Origin: Octopus vulgaris
Lineage: Eukaryota
Assembly: GCA_951406725.2 (NCBI GenBank)
Contig: OX597817.1
Location: forward strand, 105,586,001 to 105,650,000
Reading direction: 5' to 3'
Length of the DNA: 64,000 bases
Part shown: in pieces, positions 51,871-62,492 of the stretch
How positions within the stretch are numbered: position 1 is the stretch's first letter
Layout: every line of letters starts with the position of its first letter
Made by a program: the position numbers and the translations under genes
The notes under the pieces: generated by a model
Seen by the model: the letters and a program-made list of their open reading frames with translations, nothing else
Database searches by the model: none
Told to the model about the DNA's origin: nothing

Positions 51871-54481
51871 TAAAGTTGGGGAAAATCCATTTATGAAAGG
51901 AGCAACATGACTGGCTACATTTTTTTAAGGCAGGATAACTTGAAAACGGTACAATGCATGCAGCCATGTTTTCCTGGATAAATGTCTTTTTGAATGGGTG
52001 AGTTTTGCCAGATGTTGTAGACCTTGCTTTTTGCCTGAACTTCAGCTCAACTATGAGTGAAACACTTTATTCTTGTATTCTTTTACGCATTTCAGTCATT
52101 TGACTGCAGCCATGCTGGAGCATCACCTTAAAGGGTTTTTTTAGTCAAAGAAATTGACTCCAGGACTTATTCTTTGTAAGCCTAGTACTTATTCTATTGG
52201 GCTCTTTTGACAAACTACTAGGTTACAGTGACATAAACACATCACCATTGGTTGTCAATGATGGTGGTGGGGACAAAGACACCCACACCACCCACACACA
52301 CTCATATGACAGGCTTCTTTCAGTTTCCACCTACCAAATCTACTCACAAGGCTTTTGAGACTAATAGAAGGCACTTGCCCAAGGTGCCACGCAGTGGGAC
52401 TGAACCTGAAACCATATGGTTGGGAAGCAAGCTTCTTACTACAAAGTTATGTCTACATCTACTTGTGGGGTATTGGATTTTTGTTGCCTAAAGTGACAGT
52501 TTCAGTCATCACCCATTCTAGCTGTTACTGATGAATCGAAAGTGAAACACATTTTTGTTAGGACAGTGGCATAAAATTGGCAGGGTTGTGACCTGTTGGT
52601 TGACTTGAAGTATCAAAGAGTGTGTGGCAAAGCAGGTATTGTTTGGTATGCGGATGCATGTGGTGTAGTTGTGATGAGGCAGTAGTTGGATGACCCAACT
52701 GGTACAGGGATGATTACAATTTGGTATGGATTAGGTTTGGGGATGAGAAAGAGCTCAAAGGTGTTTCAGTGTAAATATGGGAAGTGTGTAGAATGAGACA
52801 AGTTAAAGAAAAGTTGGGGATTGCAAAACATTCGACTTCTGCACCAGCAGCATCGATGTAGGATGAGTGAGAGAGCTATGAAGAGTTGTAAATGTTGAAG
52901 TCAGTGAGAACAATGATTTTGGAGAGACATGGAGTTAGATATATATGTCCTCAATATAGGAGGGAGTATAGTTGAAGAGATGTTGGTGTTTAAAGCAGTT
53001 AGAAAAGTGATAGAAGCATAAATGCATTTGGGGTAGTGAAGAAGAGAGACTGATCCAGGGTAACTGGAAGTCATTATTACTGAGTGAGTGGCAAAGGGAT
53101 TGGAGCCAACTTAAAAGTTCAGACATCATCTTTTGGAGTTAAAGTAGGTTAGAGAGTGTAGCCTGGACAGCTGATAGGAGTTGATTCAGATAGGAATAGG
53201 ATGTATAGTTTGTGTGTAAATAACAAAAGATAATTGGTGGGATTTAATTTGGACAAAGTTCATGGATATTGAAGGGGAGAGAAAATTTTCCAGAGGGTTT
53301 ACTCCTGGTTTTTGGCATTTCGGGAAGGAGTATAGGAAGGTGTTGCATTACTTTGAAATGTGCAGAGAGGGAAAGTGAGGGAGAGGGAGAGAAGGAGGAG
53401 GGGTCCTTACTCTTAACAGTCTCATACACTTGAAACTATTGTAACCAAATGGTAATGACCTCTGATGATTTTTCATACTGATTTCACATACATATCATGA
53501 AAGCTGTTTATTATTATCACTAATAATGTTGTCAACTAATTGTTGTTATAAAAATGAATAGATTCCAAATTGAGGATACATATAAAATTTTCTCTACCCG
53601 CTTTTATTAAGACAAAAAAAAAAAAAAAATCAACTAATAATGTACTTGAGCCTTATTTCTTGGTAATTTTTTTTTTTTATATATCACTAGTATATTTCAT
53701 GAAATTTTGGCAGGAGATACTAGTTAATTACATCAACATTAGTTATCAACTGGTACTTATTTATCAACCCTTGATGAAAGGCAAAGTTGACTTCAGCAAC
53801 ATTTGTGGAAGAAATTCTGCTAAGCATTTTGTCTGGCTTGGTCAGACAAGATTCTATCTGCTCAAATGGTTTTGCATTTTGGTACAAGATCAACGGTTTT
53901 GAGGAAGGGGATAAGTTGATTACATTGACCCCAGTGTTCAACTGGTATTTATTTTATTGACCTACAAAAGGATGAAAGGTAAGGTTGACCTTGGTGGAAT
54001 TTGAGCTCTGGATGAAATGCTGCTAAGCATTTTGTCCTGCATGCTAATGATTCTACCATCTCACCACTTTAACTCAAATGAAAATATTGAAACCTGATAT
54101 ATTAAATTACAGATGATTATCTTGTGCAGCATGTTATGCTATACACAATATAATAAAGTTTTTAAAACTATATAAGCCCCATAACTGAAATGTCTACTAC
54201 ACATGATAAAGTATTATATATGAATCTCTGATCTCTGATCAAAAACTTTAAGGATGCACCTGTATATTGTCACTCGGCCTGCTAGAAGTAATGATAAAAT
54301 CTCCCTCAATTCACATGCTAACATTTTAAACCAGGAAGTACACACTGAATAATGTAAAACAGATTTTTGCTGAATTTAAGGGTAACTCGGTCACAAAACT
54401 TCTTTTTAAGGATTTGTAATTTTTGAAACTGCTCCTTTTCATTGCAGTGGTTCCAGTTGAGGCCACCAACCTGCCAGGAAA

Positions 54482-54534
54482 ATGGCAGAATATACTCTGC
54501 ATCATCATGTTAATGAACTTATTGATCTACTTGA
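54482..54534 (+). CDS. TUBGCP2: TUBGCP2 first coding exon (exon begins at 54448)
   Basis: MAEYTLHHHVNELIDLL, cf. the recalled GCP2 N-terminus MSEFRIHHDVNELLSLL; in-frame TGA upstream of the ATG; ttgcag and gtaagt boundaries; phase 2. Confidence 0.9.
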
Positions 54535-54739
54535 GTAAGTTGGTTCTTTTATCTTTATGAATTTACCTGTTTGTCTTCTATGTTATTTGCATTTATTAGT
54601 GCTAAATGACTGAGAATGTTAATTTTTTTTGAAATAGCTGAAATTGTAGTGATATAAATCCTGACTAATTTCTACAGGGATGAAAGTGGTTTGGTTGTTT
54701 TCACTTTTAAATTTGATCAGTTTTTGAAGAAAGTCATAT

Positions 54740-54990
54740 ATCTATATATATATATATAAAACTGAGAAAGTCTGTCTGTCGGGATCACTAAAACTCGAGA
54801 ACTACCCAACTGATTTCATTCAAATTTTACACTTGCCTTACATAGGGTCCATAGAGAGTCATGGACCAAAAAAATTTTCCACCCTCTTGCCTAAGCAAGC
54901 CCAGAGCAATCTCTTATCTTGTACACTGTTTTGATATTATGCCTCAAAAGTGAAACATCTCTATTATAATGTGATATAATAGTTTCACTA
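54740..54990. mobile_element. Helitron-like non-autonomous fragment
   Basis: tctatatatatataaaactgagaaagtctgtctgtc...ccaactgatttcattcaaattttacac 5'-end architecture. Confidence 0.45.
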
Positions 54991-54994
54991 TTGT

Positions 54995-55275
54995 ACATGT
55001 GTATATATGATGTATGTATTTATATATATGTATGTATGTATTTATATGTATGTATGTATGTATGTATGTATTTATATATATGTATGTATTTATTTATATA
55101 TATGTATGTATTTATTTATATATATGTATGTATTTATTTATATATATGTATGTATTTATTTATATATATGTATGTATTTATTTATATATATGTATGTATA
55201 TATATGTCTGTATATATATATATATATATGTGTGTATGTGTATATATATGTATCTCTCTCTCTCTCTCTCTCTCA
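54995..55275. repeat. Compound (TA)/(TATG)/(TC) microsatellite
   Basis: Directly visible; explains the low-complexity ORFs 54991-55428. Confidence 0.95.
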
Positions 55276-55569
55276 GAGAGGCACAAGCACCTACACACAT
55301 ATATAAACACGGCAGTAACTTCCGCCTACCAAATTCAATTACAAAGCTTCGGTCGGCCCGGGGCTATAGCAGAAGACACTTGCCCTAAGTGCCACGCTGT
55401 AGGACTGAACCTGAAACCATGTAGCTAGGAAGCAAGCTCCCTAATCACACAGCCATGCCCGCACCTACAAAATGTATGTACATATGCGCAGCGCTAAGCG
55501 TGTGGCAAGCTTTCTACGGCCAGATGCCCTTCCTGATGCCAAACCCCACTATGTATATATATATATATA

Positions 55570-55782
55570 CTCTTTTACTCTCTTTTACTTGTTTCAGTCA
55601 TTTGACTGTGGCCATGCTGGAGCACAGCCTTTAGTCGAGCAAATCGACCCCAGGACTTATTCTTTGGAAGCCTAGTACTTATTCTATCAGTCTCTTTTGT
55701 CAAACCGGTAAGTTACGGGGGACGTAAACACACCACCATCGGTTGTCAAGCGATGTTCGGGGGACAAAACACAGACACACAA

Positions 55783-55800
<18 letters not shown>
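55570..55800 (-). mobile_element. Composite SINE, 3' arm (the other arm is at 59192-59362; split by the RTE)
   Basis: Joining 55570-55800 to 59192-59362 reconstitutes the family consensus seen at 34158-34545. Confidence 0.85.
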
Positions 55801-55818
<18 letters not shown>

Positions 55819-55982
55819 CATCATCATCATCATCCTTTAGCGTCCGTTCTCCATGCTAGCATGGGTTGGACGGTTCAACTGGGGTCTGTGAAGCTGGAAG
55901 GCTTCATCAGGCCCAGTCAGATCTGGCAGTGTTTCTACGGCTGGATGCCCTTCCTAACGCCAACCACTCCGTGAGTGTAGTG

Positions 55983-56445
55983 GGTGCTTTTTACGTGCCA
56001 CTCGCACAGGTGCCAGACAGAGCTGGCAAACGGCCACGAACGGATGGTGCTTTTACGTGTCACCGGCACGGGGCCAGGCGAGGCTGGCAACGGACACGAA
56101 TGGATGGTGCTTTTACGTGCCACCAACACGGGGGCCAGACAGGGCTGGCAAACGGCCACGAAACGGATGGTGCTTTTACGTGTCACCGGCACGGGGGCCA
56201 GGCGAGGCTGGCAACGGACACGAACGGATGGTGCTTTTACATGCCACCGACACGGGGGCCAGACAGGGCTGGCAAACGGCCACAAACGGATGGTGCTTTT
56301 ACGTGTCACCGGCACGGGGGCCAGGCCAGGCTGGCAACGAACACAAACGGCTGGTGCTTTTACGTGCCACCGACACGGGGGCCAGACAGGGCTGGCAAAC
56401 GGCTACGAACGGATGGTGCTTTTACGTGTTACCTGCACGGGGGCC
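55983..56445. repeat. RTE 3' UTR minisatellite: alternating A/B ~61-bp units (~123-bp higher-order repeat)
   Basis: GGTGCTTTTAC at ~55983, 56046, 56106, 56169, 56230, 56292, 56353, 56415; odd units gccagacagggctggcaaacggcc, even units gccaggcgaggctggcaacggac. Confidence 0.92.
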
Positions 56446-56494
56446 CTGATGTTGATCGACCTCAATTTGGTTTGAATTTTGATTTTGACTGTTC

Positions 56495-59137
56495 TCACTG
56501 GTCTTGCCGGGTTTTCTCACGCACAGCATACTTCCAAAGGTCTCGGTCACTGGTCATTTCCTTGGTGAGACCTAAAGTTCGAAGGTCGTGCTTCACCACC
56601 TCGTCCCAGGTTTTCCTGGGTCTACCTCTTCCACAGGTCCCCTCAACTGCCAGGGTGTGGCACTTTCGCACACAACTATCTTCAGCCAGTCTCATCACAT
56701 GACCATACCAGCGCATACGTCTCTCTTGCACACAACAACTGATGCTTCTTAGGTTCAACTTTTCTCTCAAGGTACTTACACTCTGTCGATTATGAACACT
56801 GACGTTACACATCCATCGGAGCATACTAGCTTCATTTCTTGCGAGCTTACGCAAATCCTCAGCAGTCACAGCCCAAGTTTCACTACCATGTAGCATGGTT
56901 GTACGTACACATGCATCATACAGTCTGCCTTTTACTTTGAGCGAGAGGCCTTTTGTCACCAGCAGGGGTAAGAGCTCTCTAAACTTTGCCCAGGCTATTC
57001 TTACTCTAGCAGTTATACTTTCAGCGCACCCACCCCCGCTACTGACTTTGTCACCTAGGTAACGGAAACTATCAACTACTTCTAGCTTTTCTCCCTGGAA
57101 AGTGACGGAAGTCGGTCTCAGAGCATTTTCAGTGTTAATTGTTCCTGAGCATCTGCCACATACAAAAACCATCTTCCTAGTTAGCCTTCCTTTGACATTG
57201 CTGCACCTCTTATGTGTCCATAGCTTACACTTGGTGCATCTTATAGAGTTTCTACCTACACCTTTTCTACAGATCGAGCAGGGCCATCTACCTGAAGGCG
57301 TTTGTGATTGGTCTACCTTCCTACTTATTAGGACTTTGGTTTTGGCTAGGTTGATTCTAAGGCCCTTCGATTCTAAACCTTGTTTCCATACCTGAAACTT
57401 CTCCTCTAGTTCTGATAGAGACTCAGCAATTAGAGCAAGGTCATCAGCATAGAGGAGCTCCCAGGGGCATCCTGTCTTGAATTCCTCCGTTATTGCCTGG
57501 AGGACTATGATAAATAGGAGGGAACTGAGGACTGAACCTTGGTGGACCCCAACCTCTACCCTGAATTCTTCACTGTACTCGGTGCCAACCCTCACCTTAC
57601 TAGCAGCGTCTCTGTACATGGCTTGTACAGCTTTCACTAACCATTCATCTATCCCTAGTTTCCTCATTGACCACCAGATGAGGGATCGGGGGACCCTGTC
57701 GAAGGCTTTCTCCATATCAACAAAAGCCAGGTATAGGGGCTTGTCTTTGGCTAGGTATTTCTCTTGCAGCTGTCTTACCATGAAAATAGCATCAGTAGTA
57801 CTTTTCCCTGGCACGAACCCAAACTGCATCTGATCTAGGCTAACTCTCTCTCTAATTAGTTGGGCTATAACCCTCTCCGTAACCTTCATTACCTGATCCA
57901 GCAGCTTGATACCCCTGTAGTTATTTGTATCTAGGGTGTCACCTTTACCTTTGTAGCAGCTGACTATTATGCTGCTACACCAGTCATTGGGAATGACTCC
58001 TTCGTGTATCACCTGGTTAACTATACGGGTGACTAGGCTATAGCCGACACTACCAGATATTTTGAGCATCTCTGCAGTAATTCCTGATGGGCCTGGGGCT
58101 TTCCCTGTTTTCATGCTTTTAATTGCCTTATCTACTAAGGAACTGTCAACTTGGATTGCTGGTCCCTCTGTTGGGTCAACATTCGGCAGACTCTCTTTAT
58201 CCCATTCATTTTCCTCATTCAGCAACCTTTCATAGTGGCTTCTCCAAACCTCTCCCTTTGCATCCTCATTTAGCGCAAGTGAGCCGTCATCCGTGTGAAC
58301 ACATTTTTCTCCTACCACGTCACAATTCTCTCTCACACACTGTCTTGCTATACGAAATACCTCAAGTCTTTCATCCTTACGGCGCAGGACATTGGCAAAT
58401 TTTTTCCTATCTGCTTCCCCTCTGGCTAAATAAACCTGCCTCCTAGCTTCCCTTCTTGCAGTCTGATACACTTCCCTGCTACCACCGTTCTTCCAGTCCT
58501 TCCAAGCCTGTTTCTTTTGTCTAATAGCCCTGTCAACAGTATTGTTCCACCACCACGTTATTTTGGGTCTTGTGGGGACTTTGCACCAGCCACAGATCTG
58601 GTCAGTGGCTTTCAGCAGGTTGTCCCTTAGAAACGCCCAGTTATCTTCTACCCCATGTGTAGCTATGCCCCCTTCTATTTCGTCGAAGGCTTCAAGTAAC
58701 ATGCCTCTAAATCTCTGTCCGATAGCAGGGTCTTTAAGTTTCCAGACCCTTCTTCTCCATGTTGGTCGTCTTCTAGTCGTCCTCTTAGTCCTGATCCTAA
58801 AGTCACTGACTACCATTCTATGTTGTGGGGTACATTCTTCGCCTGGGAAGGTTTTGGCATTCATAAGCAGCCATCTTTCCCTGAGGGCTTCTATGGCGTT
58901 CATGGAGGCTATGGTTATGGTTCTCGCAATGAGGAGGGAACCAGGCTGCTGGAGTTCTGTGATGCGAATAGTCTTATGGTTTGCAACACTAACTTCAGGA
59001 AACCAACAAGCCACTTGGTCACCTACCGTTCGGGCCAGCATACTAGCCAAATCGACTACATCCTTGCCAGAAAAAGGGAAAGATGGCTGCTTATGAATGC
59101 CAAAACCTTCCCAGGCGAAGAATGTACCCCACAACAT
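56495..59137 (-). CDS. RTE reverse transcriptase ORF (880 aa; chimeric N-terminus from the antisense of the inverted segment; embedded PHD finger)
   Basis: Provided ORF track; RT motifs intact; YADD at 57451-57440; C4HC3 motif at 57280-57149; the endonuclease is incomplete. Confidence 0.85.
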   Translation of the reverse strand: MLWGTFFAWEGFGIHKQPSFPFSGKDVVDLASMLARTVGDQVACWFPEVSVANHKTIRITELQQPGSLLIARTITIASMNAIEALRERWLLMNAKTFPGEECTPQHRMVVSDFRIRTKRTTRRRPTWRRRVWKLKDPAIGQRFRGMLLEAFDEIEGGIATHGVEDNWAFLRDNLLKATDQICGWCKVPTRPKITWWWNNTVDRAIRQKKQAWKDWKNGGSREVYQTARREARRQVYLARGEADRKKFANVLRRKDERLEVFRIARQCVRENCDVVGEKCVHTDDGSLALNEDAKGEVWRSHYERLLNEENEWDKESLPNVDPTEGPAIQVDSSLVDKAIKSMKTGKAPGPSGITAEMLKISGSVGYSLVTRIVNQVIHEGVIPNDWCSSIIVSCYKGKGDTLDTNNYRGIKLLDQVMKVTERVIAQLIRERVSLDQMQFGFVPGKSTTDAIFMVRQLQEKYLAKDKPLYLAFVDMEKAFDRVPRSLIWWSMRKLGIDEWLVKAVQAMYRDAASKVRVGTEYSEEFRVEVGVHQGSVLSSLLFIIVLQAITEEFKTGCPWELLYADDLALIAESLSELEEKFQVWKQGLESKGLRINLAKTKVLISRKVDQSQTPSGRWPCSICRKGVGRNSIRCTKCKLWTHKRCSNVKGRLTRKMVFVCGRCSGTINTENALRPTSVTFQGEKLEVVDSFRYLGDKVSSGGGCAESITARVRIAWAKFRELLPLLVTKGLSLKVKGRLYDACVRTTMLHGSETWAVTAEDLRKLARNEASMLRWMCNVSVHNRQSVSTLREKLNLRSISCCVQERRMRWYGHVMRLAEDSCVRKCHTLAVEGTCGRGRPRKTWDEVVKHDLRTLGLTKEMTSDRDLWKYAVREKTRQDQ

Positions 59138-59362
59138 AGAATGGTAGTCAGTGACTTTAGGATCAGGACTAAGAGGACGACTAGAAGACGAATATATACG
59201 ACAGGCTTCCTACAGTTTCCTTCTACCAAATCCACTTACAAGGCTTTGGTCGGCCCGAGGCTATAGTAGAAGACACTTGCCCAAGATGGCACGCAGTGGG
59301 AATGAACCTGGAACCATATGGTTGGGAAGCAAGCTACTTTCCACACAGCCACTCCTGCTCCA

Positions 59363-59698
59363 TATATACATATGTGTGTGTATATATATGTATATGTGTA
59401 TGTATATATATGTGTATGTATGTATATGTATATATATATGTATGTATAAGTGTATATATATATATATGTATAAGTGTATATATATATGTATGTATAAGTG
59501 TATATATATATGTATGTATAAGTATATATATATATGTATGTATAAGTATATATATATATGTATGTATAAGTATATATATATATGTATGTATTAGTATATA
59601 TATGTATGTATAAGTATATATATATGTGTGTGTGTGTGTGTGTATGTATGTATATGTTTGTATATATATATTTGTTTATGTATATATATATGTGTTTG

Positions 59699-59745
<47 letters not shown>

Positions 59746-59770
59746 GTATGTATATGTATGTGTATATGTA
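59363..59770. repeat. Compound (TA)/(TATG) microsatellite with ~22-bp periodic units
   Basis: tatatatatgtatgtataag repeated. Confidence 0.95.
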
Positions 59771-60125
59771 TCAGGTCATCCCATAAGTTCTGTCCAAATT
59801 TTGAATAGAGAAAACAAGTGACCAAATGTTGTATTTAATTGAAATTTAATCATCAATATACTTTCTGTGATTATCTATGACTTCCTTCCATCCATTTACA
59901 AGCTTTTTAATCCCATCAATGTTAAACACTCTTGGTTTCAAAGTGAAGAACTCTGAAATGTCAGTTTCAACCTCCCCTGGTTTGCAAAAGTTATGTCCCC
60001 CAAATGATTCTGTAAACTACGAAACAAATGGTAGTCTGAAGGAGCAAGGTCGGAAGAATAAGGTAGATGAGGAATTTTTTCCCAACCAAGCTCTTTGATC
60101 TTCTGTGATGTGATCTTTCCCTTAC
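59771..60125 (-). mobile_element. Mariner transposon remnant (transposase C-terminus plus TIR)
   Basis: KIKELGWEKIPHLPYSSDLAPSDYHLFRSLQNHL (mariner YSPDLAPSD motif); TIR-like tcaggtcatcccataagttctgtcc next to a TA repeat. Confidence 0.85.
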
Positions 60126-60279
60126 GTGCCTGTCTGCTCACTCTACATGCCCCCACATATCTACCATACCCTACCCCCTGCTATTCCATTTTCTCTCACC
60201 ATAACTTCCTACAGTCATGTCTTCTCCATCGCTAAACATCTCCCCAACACCATCTATTTCTCTCTCTCTCCCTCTCTGA

Positions 60280-60600
60280 CTCGCTGTCTTTCTCTCTACC
60301 TCCTCCTTTTTCTTGGTCTACTGGAGTAACCAAGTATCCCCACTTGGCTCCACTTCTTCTCTCAGTTGAGAGGTTGTTGTCTTGCAAGCTACTTGGTGAC
60401 CCCACTGGTGCCACATAAGAAGCGCCTGTGCTGGTGCCACATAAAAAGTGCTTGTGTTGGTGTCATATAAAAAAAAATGTCTGTGCTGGTGACATATAAA
60501 AAGCACCTAGTACACTCTGTAAAATGGTTGGGGTTAGGAAGGGCATCCAGCCATAGTAATCATGCTAAAATAGACAAATAGAGCCTGATGCAGCTCTACA
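60280..60600 (+). mobile_element. RTE-related 3' UTR with ~26-bp tandem units
   Basis: tgctggtgccacataaaaag repeated about 4 times, then the conserved tail ttaggaagggcatccagcc. Confidence 0.65.
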
Positions 60601-60933
60601 TTTTAATCATAAGCCTGCTCAACCACGACAGACTTGCACAGTTCAATATTCAATAATAATGTTAGTACATTTATAAATTAATTTATGCTCCCTTGTTTCT
60701 ACAGTCCTCATATTATTGTCTATTTTACCCCTGTATTTAACCAATTGCAGTTCTCTTCAAAGGTAATTAATTATTTGCTCTCATTCCTTCCAAAATGTAT
60801 TTTCCTTTGTTCTTCCTTTCACTTTTACTTGAAATATGGTTTAAAATCAACGAGTCCGATATCCTACCACACTTCATCTGTTAATGTACACAACAAACAA
60901 ATCTTAATGTTTATTGTTGATATTTATTCATAG

Positions 60934-61018
60934 TATTCGAGAAACCGATACTGTTGGAGCAGATGTGTATGCTGAGATGCTATTAGAAAGTTCAAAGAAT
61001 CCGTGTGTGCCCTCTTCA
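60934..61018 (+). CDS. TUBGCP2: TUBGCP2 coding exon 2
   Basis: DIRETDTVGADVYAEMLLESSKNPCVPSS (cf. GCP2 GAEVYIDLL..P); catag and gtaagt boundaries; phase 2-0. Confidence 0.87.
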
Positions 61019-62400
61019 GTAAGTATTGTTTTATTTTTGATTAAATGGTTTATGACATTGTACACATTATTTACAGCTTTGTCTGCTTCGAGTTTTGCCA
61101 TTCCAAAAAATAAATTATATAGTTTATACTTTAATCACTTTGTGTTTTTTCAAATCATCCACTTAAATTAGTTTTTCTTCTGTATCCAATTTTTATAAAA
61201 TATAAAATAGGGCCACTTTTAAAAATGGCTTTTTTTTTGTTTATTTGTGGTACTCAGTGGTCAAAGAGTAATGCTGCCAGATCTGTAATATTTTGTAAGA
61301 GGTGACTAAATGTAACGTAAAAAAACCTTAAACTGACTCTGAACACCTTCTTGCCGGCTGTTGACAACAGACTGAATATGGGAGGGTAAATAAAATTTGA
61401 ACTCCTAGTTGCATAGACTTATGACTCTAGTGTTTGAGGTCTATGGACACCAGAATAAGAAGTGTGTCTGGGAGTTCATCATACCACTTTGGCTTGGACT
61501 ACTACAATGACAGTTGGTAGGGTTGAGGCAGTTAAATCAATAAGTAATTTGTACTCAGCCCAAGTTAACTGAAACAACTTCAGTGTCTCTTTTGTTCTGT
61601 TTATAGTGATAACTGTAAAGTTAAACTTCATTGATATGTAAATGCTATGTTAGAGACCTGTAGTCCTCATGTTGTCACTTCATTGACACTTGGCTAAAGT
61701 GAGGAACTGATGTAATCATTCTTATTGTATCATGTATTTTTACTCCAGTCCAACTTTGGAGTGGTCGATAGCAGTAAAACTTTGAATGTAAAATACAGTG
61801 TTGTTAGTATTGAAAATACATATAGTGAAGTAGTAAGTACTTTTGTTTAGAGAACCAAGACACAAATTGTCTAAGGGGTGTGTATGGTTTGGCTGCTATT
61901 TCTAGTAACTTAAGCAACCATATTGTAGTTTCTCATTTTGCTCATAAAAAAATAGATGTACAGGGATAAAGACAGAGAGCAAGAGATGGGGATAATAGAA
62001 GGGTAGATAATAATGGATGAAAAAAATAATTGTAAATGAATAAAGTGAATGAAAAGGGAAAGTAATATAATATTAGGAATGTGTAGGGAATTTAGCAGAC
62101 TAAGGGTGGTTGTTTTTTTAACTCTAGCTCAATCTTGATCCAATAGGCTTATGTTGAAAAGCATTCCAGCTGTAACTGCGACATCTGCATTAGAAGTGTA
62201 GGACTATGTTATCCAATCTATCTTTTCTTTATTGAAGACTGTAAGTTGTTACTTCAAGCTGGTCAAGCAAGCATATAAAATCCCTCTGATTTTCTCTGTA
62301 GTTTTTGTAATGTAGTTATGGTAAGATTTGACCTCATGACCTTTAATTTCTGAGCAGAGGACAAATATCTTAACTATATGAAATATTTTCTGTTTTGTAG

Positions 62401-62492
62401 TTCCCCACCTTACAGATTAGGAAGAAGGTGTCAGAGAGAGCACCTGAGAGATTGAAGTTTTTAGAAAAATATGAAGAATTGAAAAATTTGAA
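62401..62492 (+). CDS. TUBGCP2: TUBGCP2 coding exon 3 (gene continues beyond the window)
   Basis: FPTLQIRKKVSERAPERLKFLEKYEELKNL (cf. FLKKYDELKSKN); tttgtag and gtaaga boundaries; phase 0-2. Confidence 0.87.

Larger units (their letters stand above)
49560..53300 (-). mobile_element. Long degenerate CR1/Jockey-type LINE remnant interrupted by a MITE, a Penelope fragment and a SINE
   Basis: Minus-strand remnants IRKAFDCVW (~50680-50710) and KASTFAAHFATNSTF (~51150-51195); many stops. Confidence 0.55.
55817..59191 (-). mobile_element. Young RTE-clade LINE, 5'-truncated with a 5' inversion-duplication
   Basis: Uninterrupted RT ORF (QFGF..GKSTTDAIF, FVDMEKAFDRV, GVHQGSVLS, LYADD), C-terminal RGRPRKTW, 3' UTR and (GAT)n tail; 58883-59191 is in the opposite orientation and encodes the APE endonuclease C-terminus (HTSQIDYIL). 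Confidence 0.96.

Noticed and set aside
52528-52550. CTGATGAatcGAAAgtGAAA
   Set aside because: No stems I, II or III; it lies inside a decayed LINE and is likely chance.
54991-55428. YIYMYV-rich ORFs (also 59151-59821, 17623-17844, 26788-27231)
   Set aside because: Translations of microsatellites.
55983-56445. CRISPR-like regularly spaced repeats
   Set aside because: The spacers are themselves repeated (A/B units), the array is the 3' UTR of a eukaryotic LINE, and there are no cas genes.
55866-56702. 278-aa repetitive plus-strand ORF and overlapping ORFs
   Set aside because: Antisense read-through of the GC-rich RTE 3' UTR array.
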